Source of the DNA: Phreatobacter sp. | GTDB taxonomy: Bacteria; Pseudomonadota; Alphaproteobacteria; Rhizobiales; Phreatobacteraceae | Length of the DNA stretch: 64,000 bases | Direction: 5' to 3' | NCBI RefSeq assembly: GCF_022843985.1 | Contig: NZ_JALHMP010000012.1 | Coordinates: forward strand, 35,471-99,470 | Shown here: piece after piece, positions 17,597 to 25,156 of the stretch | Layout: each line of letters opens with the position of its first letter | How positions within the stretch are numbered: position 1 is the first letter of the stretch | Made by a program: the position numbers and the translations under genes | Notes under the pieces: model-generated | Told to the model about the DNA's origin: nothing | Seen by the model: the letters and a program-made list of their open reading frames with translations, nothing else | Databases searched by the model: none

Positions 17597-17625
17597 GCCT
17601 TAGCGCGATCGGCAGACCCTGTCAT
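17597..17625 (-). promoter_or_regulatory. Sigma70-like promoter of the tRNA
   Basis: Minus strand ATGACA-N17-TAAGGC immediately upstream of the tRNA. Confidence 0.5.
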
Positions 17626-17669
17626 CCGCGGCCTGACGGGCGCCGGATGACGTAACGGCACTGTCGGGA

Positions 17670-17685
17670 TTAATGATACCCTAAC
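17670..17685 (+). promoter_or_regulatory. CtrA-box-like site
   Basis: TTAA-tgatacc-CTAAC. Confidence 0.6.
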
Positions 17686-17805
17686 GGCAGGGCAACAGTT
17701 CGTTGACCATTTCGAGCAGTCCGGTCAACGGGCTGTTGAAAGCTGCGGGCTATGGTCCGCCGGGGATCGCGGGAAGGACCAGACCACTGTTCGAGGAGAG
17801 CCGCC

Positions 17806-17976
17806 GTGAAGGTCACTCCCGCCAAGATTCTCCTGTTCTTCATGAGCCTGCTGGTGTTCATGAATCCGCCGCTGGTGCTCGGCTTGCTCGGCCCTGACGG
17901 CCGGCGCGCCGGCCTGATGATCGACGAGAGCCTGGGCACAGACCAGATGCGCATCGCGCTGTTCGGACGCCGGTGA
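17806..17976 (+). CDS. Small membrane protein (56 aa)
   Basis: GAGGAG RBS 7 nt before GTG; MKVTPAKILLFFMSLLVFMNPPLVLGLLG hydrophobic segment. Confidence 0.6.
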   Translation: MKVTPAKILLFFMSLLVFMNPPLVLGLLGPDGRRAGLMIDESLGTDQMRIALFGRR

Positions 17977-17982
17977 AACGCG

Positions 17983-18477
17983 TCAGCCGGCGTCGCGGAT
18001 CGGCGGCTGAAAGGTGTAGCCCATGTCCCAGGGGAAATAGATCCAGGTGTCCTGGGACACCTCGGTAACGAAGGTATCAACCATCGGCCGACCCAGCGGC
18101 TTGGCATAGACCGTCGCGATATGCGACTTCGGCAGCATATCGCGCACCACCTTGGCGGTCTTGCCGGTATCGACGAGGTCGTCGACGACGAGGACGCCTT
18201 CGCCGCCATCGGTCAGCAATTGCGGGGCGACTTCCTTGATCACCTTGAGCTGCCCCTGGCTCTGGTAGTCGTGGTAGCTGGCGATGCAGACCGTCTCGAT
18301 CATGCGGATGCCGAGTTCGCGCGTGACAATGGCGGCGGGCACAAGGCCGCCGCGGGTAATGCAGACAATGGCGCGAAACGGCCCGGCGCCGCTGATCCGC
18401 CAGGCCAGCGCCCGGGCGTCGCGGTGGAACTGGTCCCAGGCCACCGGGAAGGCCTTTTCCGGATTCGGCGTCGCCAT
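17983..18477 (-). CDS. gpt: Xanthine-guanine phosphoribosyltransferase
   Basis: [46 protein letters not shown]. Confidence 0.93.
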   Translation of the reverse strand: MATPNPEKAFPVAWDQFHRDARALAWRISGAGPFRAIVCITRGGLVPAAIVTRELGIRMIETVCIASYHDYQSQGQLKVIKEVAPQLLTDGGEGVLVVDDLVDTGKTAKVVRDMLPKSHIATVYAKPLGRPMVDTFVTEVSQDTWIYFPWDMGYTFQPPIRDAG

Positions 18478-18635
18478 GGGGTGCTCCACGCTCACGAGAT
18501 CATCGATAGGGCGGCGACACTAGCCGCGCGCGGCCTCGGCGCAAATCGCCCGCGGCGCTTTTCCCAAGGGAATCGCGCTGGAGCGAGGGTCAAGCGGGAG
18601 CGTCGCGATGGCGTGGTGACGCCCCGGCGGCCATG

Positions 18636-19406
18636 TCAGGCGCCGCGGGTGACCGTGATGGGCGCCTCCGGCCCCTTGTGTTCGCCGACCATGGCGACGA
18701 CGGCCGCTTCGGCGGCCGCCAGCAGCGATTCGTCCTTGGCGCGCAGCACGAGGCGGGTCCAGAAGCGGCCGTCCTGCATCATCGGGTAGGAGCCCATGAT
18801 GACGCCGGGGTGGGCCTTGGCGATGGCGGCATAGGGCGTGCCGATGTCGCCCTCGCGCAGGCCCGGCGCCTCGATGGAGACCTGGATCATCTTGGTGCCG
18901 GTCTTCAGGCGCGGAGAGACGACGTCCATCATGGCCTGCATCACCGAGGGCACGCCGGCCATGGTGACGACGTTGCCGATCATGAAGCCCGGGGCCTTGG
19001 ACACCGGGTTCTCGATGAGCTCGGCGCCGGCCGGAATGCGCGCCATGCGCAGGCGGGCCTCGTTCAGGTCCTTCTCTGGGATGCGCTCCAGCAGCATGGC
19101 GCGGGCGCGCGGGTCGACGTCGATGGAGACGCCGAAGGCCTTGGCGATGCAGTCGGCGGTGATGTCGTCGTGGGTCGGGCCGATGCCGCCGGTGGTGAAG
19201 ACGTAGCCGTACTTCGCCCGCAGCGTGTTGAGGGCGGGGACGATCTCGTCCTCCTCGTCGGGGACGACCCTGACCTCCTTCACGTCGATGCCGATGGCCG
19301 TGCAGTACTCGGCAATGTAGCCGATGTTCTTGTCCTTGGTGCGCCCGGAGAGGATCTCGTCGCCGATGACGAGGATGGCGGCGGTGACGGTGGTCGGCTC
19401 GGTCAT
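18636..19406 (-). CDS. CinA-like molybdopterin-binding (MoCF_biosynth) protein
   Basis: ILVIGDEILSGRTKDKN, VFTTGGIGPTHDDIT, MAGVPSVMQAM. Confidence 0.9.
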   Translation of the reverse strand: MTEPTTVTAAILVIGDEILSGRTKDKNIGYIAEYCTAIGIDVKEVRVVPDEEDEIVPALNTLRAKYGYVFTTGGIGPTHDDITADCIAKAFGVSIDVDPRARAMLLERIPEKDLNEARLRMARIPAGAELIENPVSKAPGFMIGNVVTMAGVPSVMQAMMDVVSPRLKTGTKMIQVSIEAPGLREGDIGTPYAAIAKAHPGVIMGSYPMMQDGRFWTRLVLRAKDESLLAAAEAAVVAMVGEHKGPEAPITVTRGA

Positions 19407-19510
19407 GATGGTGCTCCGGGATGAGCCCGGAGGTAGAGCGCGGCGCGACCTGCGGCAAGGGCCCTGCAGGCGGTGAGGCGCGGAATGCTCCCCTGCGCTG
19501 CGGCTTGGTT

Positions 19511-20335
19511 CTACTGCACCTGCACCTGCCGCGAGGCCTGGTCGACCACCACCTTCACGGTCAGGAACTCGCCCTCGCCGCCGTGGCGCGAGCCGCGGAT
19601 GGGCGCGGCATTGAGATAGTCGAGGCCGCAGGCGATGCGGATGTGCTGCTCGGTCGGGCACTGGCCGTTGGCGGCGTCGAAACCGACCCAGCCGAGGCCC
19701 TCGACATGGGCTTCAGCCCAGGCGTGGCCGGCCTCCTGGTCCACCGTGCCGTCGGCATGGAGGAAATAGCCGCCGACATAGCGGGCAGGGATGTTGAGGT
19801 GGCGCGCCGCGGCGATGAAGATATGGGCGAAGTCCTGACAGACGCCGCGCTTCAGCGCGAAGGCCTCCGCCGCCGTGGTGGCGGAATGGGTTGGATCCTT
19901 GTCGAAGGTGATGTCGCGGGCGAGGTCGTCGAGCAGGGCGTGGAGCGTCGAGAGCCGGTCGCCCGGCCGCTCGCGGGCCTCGGCATAGGCGCGGATCTCG
20001 CCGTCGGCGGTGGTCAGGTCGGTGCCGCGCAGGTAGAGGCCGGGCGGAAACCGCTCGATGGCGCCGCGCACCACGCCGGCGGTGTCGGACGTCTCGACAA
20101 GGCCATCGACGCGGACGGTGAGGGTCTGCACCGGCCCGGTGCAGGAGAAGGTGTGGGTGATGTTGCCGAAGGCGTCCTCGTGGGCATCGAGGCGGCAGTC
20201 CTGGTCGACGTCGATGCGCCAGGTCGCGACGTGCTGGCCCTCGTAGTTGCGCGGGGTCAGCCGCAGCGTCTGGATCACCGCATGGGCGGGGACGGCATAG
20301 CTGTAGATGGTCTCGTGGGCGATGCGGATGCGCAT
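19511..20335 (-). CDS. Transglutaminase-like protein (Bact_transglu_N + core)
   Basis: I.HET.YSY, LRLTPR, GVCQDFAHIF, SHAW-type GHAWAE, GWVGFD, GLDY..AAPIRG. Confidence 0.93.
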   Translation of the reverse strand: MRIRIAHETIYSYAVPAHAVIQTLRLTPRNYEGQHVATWRIDVDQDCRLDAHEDAFGNITHTFSCTGPVQTLTVRVDGLVETSDTAGVVRGAIERFPPGLYLRGTDLTTADGEIRAYAEARERPGDRLSTLHALLDDLARDITFDKDPTHSATTAAEAFALKRGVCQDFAHIFIAAARHLNIPARYVGGYFLHADGTVDQEAGHAWAEAHVEGLGWVGFDAANGQCPTEQHIRIACGLDYLNAAPIRGSRHGGEGEFLTVKVVVDQASRQVQVQ

Positions 20336-20348
20336 GGCGGCCGCCCGC

Positions 20349-21293
20349 TCAGGTCAGATATTGCTGGGTGATGGCGGCACCCAGCCGGTTGTTCTCGGTG
20401 ATGAAGTCCGAGACGAATTCGTGCAGGCCGGACTGGAAGATATCCTCGATCCGGGCGCTTTCGAGCTTCGTCCGGGTGGCACGGGCAGCGCGCTGGGCCG
20501 GGCCCTGGCGGCCATAGGCGAGCGACAGGCTGTCGAGGTTGCGCACGATGCTCTCGTAGCAGGCGGCGAGCGAGCGCGGCATCTGGTCGTTGAGGATCAG
20601 GAGGTCGGCGACCAGCCAGGGCTTCAGGCTCTCCTTGTAGACCCAGTGATAGGCGGTCAGCGCCGAGACGGCCCTGAGGATCGCCGACCACTGGAAATAG
20701 TCCAGCGACCCGCCGACCTGCTCGGCGCCGGGCAGCAGCACGTGATATTTCACGTCGAGGATGCGGGCGGTGTTGTCGGCCCGCTCGATCATCACACCGA
20801 GGCGCGAGAACCAGTAGCCGTCGGACCGCAGCATGGTGCGATAGGCCGAGCCGTCGAACCGCAGGCCCGTTTCCTTCACGAAAGAGAGGAAATTGGCCAG
20901 GTGTTCGTCCTGGTTGAGGCCGCTCGCCCGGTATTTCGACAGTTCCAGCCATGCGGCGTTGATGGCGTCCCACATCTCCACCGTCAGCGCCGTGCGCACC
21001 GAGCGCGCATTGGTGCGGGCCACCTCGAAACAGGAGCGGATGGAGGAGGGGTTGTCGGGCGAGAAGGCGAGGAAGTCGATCACCGTCTCGCGGGTCGCCT
21101 TGTCATGCGCCTGGTAGAAGAGATGGGCGCACCCGGCGGTGGCGACCGCCGACTCCCATTCGTTCGACGTCCCGGCATAGGCGGAGGGCAGATTGGCGAG
21201 GCGGGTCGAGGCCTCGATGATGCGGGCGAGATATTCGGCCCGTTCGACATAGCGGGCCAGCCAGAAGAGATTGTCGGCGGTACGGGAGAGCAT
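20349..21293 (-). CDS. Alpha-E domain protein (DUF403)
   Basis: MLSRTADNLFWLARYVERAE, ARTNARSVR, ERADNTARILDVKY, PRSL. Confidence 0.93.
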   Translation of the reverse strand: MLSRTADNLFWLARYVERAEYLARIIEASTRLANLPSAYAGTSNEWESAVATAGCAHLFYQAHDKATRETVIDFLAFSPDNPSSIRSCFEVARTNARSVRTALTVEMWDAINAAWLELSKYRASGLNQDEHLANFLSFVKETGLRFDGSAYRTMLRSDGYWFSRLGVMIERADNTARILDVKYHVLLPGAEQVGGSLDYFQWSAILRAVSALTAYHWVYKESLKPWLVADLLILNDQMPRSLAACYESIVRNLDSLSLAYGRQGPAQRAARATRTKLESARIEDIFQSGLHEFVSDFITENNRLGAAITQQYLT

Positions 21294-21307
21294 GGGTTCC
21301 GCCTATC

Positions 21308-22735
21308 TCACGAGTCCAGGACCCAGGTGTCCTTGGTGCCGCCGCCCTGGCTGGAATTGACCACCAGGGAGCCCTCCTTCAGCGCCACGCGGGTGAGGCC
21401 GCCGGGGACGATGCGCACCTTGTCGCGTCCGGTCAGGACGAAGGGCCTGAGGTCGACATGGCGGGGCGCGACGCCCTCCTCGACCAGGGTCGGGCAGGTG
21501 GAGAGGGCGAGCGTCGGCTGGGCGATGAAATTCGACGGGTCCTTCACCAGCTTGTGGCGGAACAGTTCGATCTCGGCCGCCGCGGCCTTAGGCCCGATCA
21601 GCATGCCGTAGCCGCCGGAGCCGTGAACCTCCTTGACGACGAGCTCGGGCAGATGGTCGAGGACATATTTCAGCTCGTCCGGCGCGCGGCAGCGCCAGGT
21701 CGGGACATTCTTCAGGATCGGCTCCTCGCCGAGATAGAATTTCACGATCTCCGGCATGTAGCTGTAGACGGCCTTGTCGTCGGCGACGCCGGTGCCGACG
21801 GCATTGGCGAGCGTGACATTGCCGGCATGGTAGGCCGACATCAGGCCCGGCACACCGAGGGCCGAATCCGGACGGAACACCAGCGGATCGAGGAAATCAT
21901 CGTCGAGGCGGCGGTAGATGACGTCGACACGCTTGGGACCCTCGGTCGTGCGCATGTAGACCACGTCGGCCTTGACGAAGAGATCGCGGCCCTCGACCAG
22001 TTCGACGCCGAGCTTGTCGGCGAGGAAGGTGTGCTCGTAATAGGCCGAATTGAAAAGGCCCGGCGTCAGCAGCACGCAGGTCGGGTCGGAGGAGGCCGAG
22101 CGCGGCGCCACCGACTTCATCGTGGCGAGCAGGTCATCGGTGTAGTTCTCCACCGGCGCGACGCGGTGCTGCGAGAAGAGCTCGGGGAAGAGGCGGATCA
22201 TCACCTCGCGGTTCTCCAGCATGTAGGAGACCCCGGAGGGGGTGCGGGCATTGTCCTCGAGCACATAGAACGTGTCGGCGTCGACGCGGACGATGTCGAT
22301 GCCGGCGATCATCACATAGATGCCGTGGGGCACCGGCTGCTGGTTCATTTCCGGCCGGAAGGCAGGATTCTGGTAGACGAGGTCCTCAGGAACGATGCCG
22401 GCGCGCAGGATCTCGCGCTTTGTATAGACGTCGCCGAGGAAGGCGTTGATGGCGCGCACGCGCTGCGTCAGGCCTTTCGACAGCCGCACCCATTCGTCGT
22501 TGGTGAGGACGCGCGGGATGACGTCGAACGGGATCAGGCGTTCGGTCGAGGCGGCGTCGCCATAGACCGCGAAGGTGATGCCGATGCGGCGGAACAGCGC
22601 CTCGGCCTCGCGCGAGCGCGTTGCGAGCAGGTCCGTCGGTATGGTCTTCAACCAGCGAGCCAGGGTTTCGTAGGCGGGGCGGACCGCACCGTCCGCGAGG
22701 TTCATTTCATCGAAGATCGGTGCATCGCCTGCCAT
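21308..22735 (-). CDS. Circularly permuted type 2 ATP-grasp protein (DUF404/407)
   Basis: GITFAVYG, ERLIPFD, LEDNARTPSGVSY, VIYRRLDDDFLDP, HVDLRPF, GGLTRVAL.EGSLVVNSSQGGGTKDTWVL. Confidence 0.95.
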   Translation of the reverse strand: MAGDAPIFDEMNLADGAVRPAYETLARWLKTIPTDLLATRSREAEALFRRIGITFAVYGDAASTERLIPFDVIPRVLTNDEWVRLSKGLTQRVRAINAFLGDVYTKREILRAGIVPEDLVYQNPAFRPEMNQQPVPHGIYVMIAGIDIVRVDADTFYVLEDNARTPSGVSYMLENREVMIRLFPELFSQHRVAPVENYTDDLLATMKSVAPRSASSDPTCVLLTPGLFNSAYYEHTFLADKLGVELVEGRDLFVKADVVYMRTTEGPKRVDVIYRRLDDDFLDPLVFRPDSALGVPGLMSAYHAGNVTLANAVGTGVADDKAVYSYMPEIVKFYLGEEPILKNVPTWRCRAPDELKYVLDHLPELVVKEVHGSGGYGMLIGPKAAAAEIELFRHKLVKDPSNFIAQPTLALSTCPTLVEEGVAPRHVDLRPFVLTGRDKVRIVPGGLTRVALKEGSLVVNSSQGGGTKDTWVLDS

Positions 22736-22877
22736 TGACGGCTCTAGTCCCCTCTGGAAGACGAAGCGTGGTCCTTCTCTGATGGAACGATCCTGACGCT
22801 TCGCCGACAAGCTAGCGGCAAATCACGTCGCAAGGGAAGGGGGCTTTCGCAGATGCACAAGCGCCGCCGCGAACGGG

Positions 22878-23213
22878 TCACGTGTCGCGGCCGGCGATCT
22901 CGACCACCAGCGCACCGGGCGGCAGCAGGCCGGCGAGGGCCGCGGCGATGGCGCGGCCATCCGCGATATAGGCCGCCTCGGCGTCGCTGGAGGGAAAGCG
23001 GCTCGCGAGCGGATCGTCGCGATCATAGATCGCCTGGAAGACGGCGTCCCAGTCGTTGATCCGCGCCACGATCCCGTCGGGAAGGCCGAGGCATTCGGGG
23101 TCGAGGTTGTCGCCGGTCTCGTGGTCCCAGGTGGGCCAGCATTCCCATTCGGGGGCGAGGCGCAGCCGGCGCGGGAGCATTGCGGAGGGATCGGCGGAGG
23201 GATCGGCGGACAT
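22878..23213 (-). CDS. Hypothetical protein (start 23213 or 23180)
   Basis: Acidic/Trp-rich LRLAPEWECWPTWD...LDP..LGLP....RINDW; typical codon usage; same strand as the ATP-grasp operon. Confidence 0.7.
   Translation of the reverse strand: MSADPSADPSAMLPRRLRLAPEWECWPTWDHETGDNLDPECLGLPDGIVARINDWDAVFQAIYDRDDPLASRFPSSDAEAAYIADGRAIAAALAGLLPPGALVVEIAGRDT
23183..23210. repeat. 12-bp tandem repeat (SADP x2 at the ORF N-terminus)
   Basis: cggagggatcgg cggagggatcgg cgga. Confidence 0.8.
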
Positions 23214-23315
23214 TGCTAGAAGCTAGCACCGCCAGCGGCCCCACCGGAACCGCGCCATTGCTCCGGCCGGGGGCGGAGGCTATGGCAGGGTCCGCTTGTC
23301 ACCACCGGAGACCCC

Positions 23316-24074
23316 ATGGCCGTCAAGGTCGCCGCCCTCTATCGCTTCGCCCCCCTGCCGGACTGCGCCGATCTCGTCGCCCCGCTCCGGGAGCTGTGCG
23401 CGGAGCTCGGCATCAGGGGGACGCTGCTGCTGGCGCCGGAAGGGATCAACGGTACGGTGGCCGGCACCGACGAGGCGATCGACGACCTCGTCGCGAAGCT
23501 CTCCGGCGGCTGGGTTTTCGGCAACCGGCTCGCCGGCATGGAGCTGAAGTTTTCGACTGCCTCCGCCTTGCCGTTCGGCCGGCTGAAAGTGAGGGTGAAG
23601 CGCGAGATCGTCGCCTTCGACGGTGGCGCGACCGATCCCTCGCAGCGCGTCGGCACCTATGTGGCGCCCGCCGACTGGAACGCGCTGATCGCCGATTCCG
23701 AGACTGTCGTGATCGACACGCGCAACGCCTTCGAGGTGGCGATCGGAACCTTCGTCGGGGCACGCGATCCGGGAACCGTCAGCTTCGGCCAGTTCAGGGA
23801 CTATGTCGCCCGCGAGCTCGATCCCGCCCGGCACCGGCGCATCGCCCTGTTCTGCACCGGCGGCATCCGCTGCGAAAAGGCCAGCGCCTATCTCATCGAC
23901 CAGGGATTTGCCGAGGTGCATCATCTCAAAGGCGGCATCCTCGCCTATCTTGAGCAGGTGCCGGAGCGCGAGAGCCTGTGGCGCGGCGGCTGTTTCGTCT
24001 TCGACGGCCGGGTCGCCCTCGGTCATGGCCTCGCCGAGGCGCCGGAGACCGCGGAGGGGATCGAACTGGCATGA
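23316..24074 (+). CDS. trhO: Rhodanese-related tRNA U34 hydroxylase (UPF0176)
   Basis: GTLLLAPEGINGT, RLKVRVKREIV, IDTRNAFE..IGTF, LFCTGGIRCEKAS, HLKGGILAY, CFVFDGRV. Confidence 0.9.
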   Translation: MAVKVAALYRFAPLPDCADLVAPLRELCAELGIRGTLLLAPEGINGTVAGTDEAIDDLVAKLSGGWVFGNRLAGMELKFSTASALPFGRLKVRVKREIVAFDGGATDPSQRVGTYVAPADWNALIADSETVVIDTRNAFEVAIGTFVGARDPGTVSFGQFRDYVARELDPARHRRIALFCTGGIRCEKASAYLIDQGFAEVHHLKGGILAYLEQVPERESLWRGGCFVFDGRVALGHGLAEAPETAEGIELA

Positions 24075-24286
24075 GCGAAATCTCCGACCTCGCCGCCCGT
24101 CTCGAAGCCCTGGAGATCAAGGCAGCCTATCAGGACCAGACGATCGAGGACCTGAACGCCACGATCACCGCCCAATGGGCCGAGCTGACGCGGTTGCAAC
24201 GACTCGTGGCACGGCTCGAGGACCAGTTGCGCGAGGCCCAGAACGCCGGCCCGCAGGGACCCGAGCCGCCGCCTCCCCATTACTGA
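24071..24286 (+). CDS. slyX: SlyX family protein
   Basis: RLEALEIKAAYQDQTIEDLN coiled coil, C-terminal EPPPPHY; ATGA overlap with trhO. Confidence 0.92.
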   Translation: MSEISDLAARLEALEIKAAYQDQTIEDLNATITAQWAELTRLQRLVARLEDQLREAQNAGPQGPEPPPPHY

Positions 24287-24394
24287 TCCCGCGGCGCGCC
24301 GGCTTCGCCCTGTGGAGCAACCCACCCGCAACGCCTGCTGCGTTGCTCATCACGTTGGCCGCGGCTACACGGTTGGGTTCCTGGAGAATCGCTG

Positions 24395-25150
24395 ATGACC
24401 TATTGTTGCGGCATCCTCGTGCGCGACGGGCTGGTGATGATTGCCGACACCCGCACCAACGCGGGCCTCGACAACATCTCGACCTTCCGCAAGCTGCACG
24501 TTTTCCAGAAGCCCGGCGAGCGGGTCATGGCGCTTGCCTCCGCCGGGAATCTGTCGATCACCCAGTCCGTTCTCGGCTTCCTTCACGAAGGCCTGCCCAA
24601 CGAGGAGACCGGCGAACTGGAAACCATTCTCAACGCGCCGACCATGTTCCAGGCGGCGCAGCGGGTGGGCCGGGCCATCCGCGAGGTCAGGCGCATCGAC
24701 GGTCCGGGGCTCGAGGAGGATGGCATCAAGTTCGAGGCCTCGTTCCTCTTCGGCGGACAGATCAAGGGCCGGTCGCTGCGCCTGTTCATGGTCTATGCCG
24801 CCGGCAACTATATCGAATGCACGGTCGATACGCCCTATCTGCAGATCGGCGAGCACAAATACGGCAAGCCGATCCTCGACCGCGCCATCAAGTTCGACAC
24901 CAACCTGAACGATGCGCTGAAGATCGGTCTGGTCTCGATGGATTCGACCATGCGCTCCAATCTCGGCGTGGGCATGCCCATCGACATCGCGGTGATGCCG
25001 CGGGGCGACGCCTTCCTGCAGACCCATTACCGGATTGAGCCCGGCGAGCCCTATTTCCATGACCTGCGCGAGCGTTGGTCGGCGGCGCTGCGCAAGGCGC
25101 ATATGGACATTCCGCCGCCGCCTTATTCCGGCTCCAACGTGGTGAAGTGA
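24395..25150 (+). CDS. Anbu proteasome-type (Ntn) peptidase
   Basis: N-terminal MTYC (Thr1), ADTRTNAGLDNISTFRKL, SAGNLSITQ, QIGEHKYGKPILDR, SMDSTMRSNLGVG.PID. Confidence 0.92.
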   Translation: MTYCCGILVRDGLVMIADTRTNAGLDNISTFRKLHVFQKPGERVMALASAGNLSITQSVLGFLHEGLPNEETGELETILNAPTMFQAAQRVGRAIREVRRIDGPGLEEDGIKFEASFLFGGQIKGRSLRLFMVYAAGNYIECTVDTPYLQIGEHKYGKPILDRAIKFDTNLNDALKIGLVSMDSTMRSNLGVGMPIDIAVMPRGDAFLQTHYRIEPGEPYFHDLRERWSAALRKAHMDIPPPPYSGSNVVK

Positions 25151-25156
25151 GCGGCT

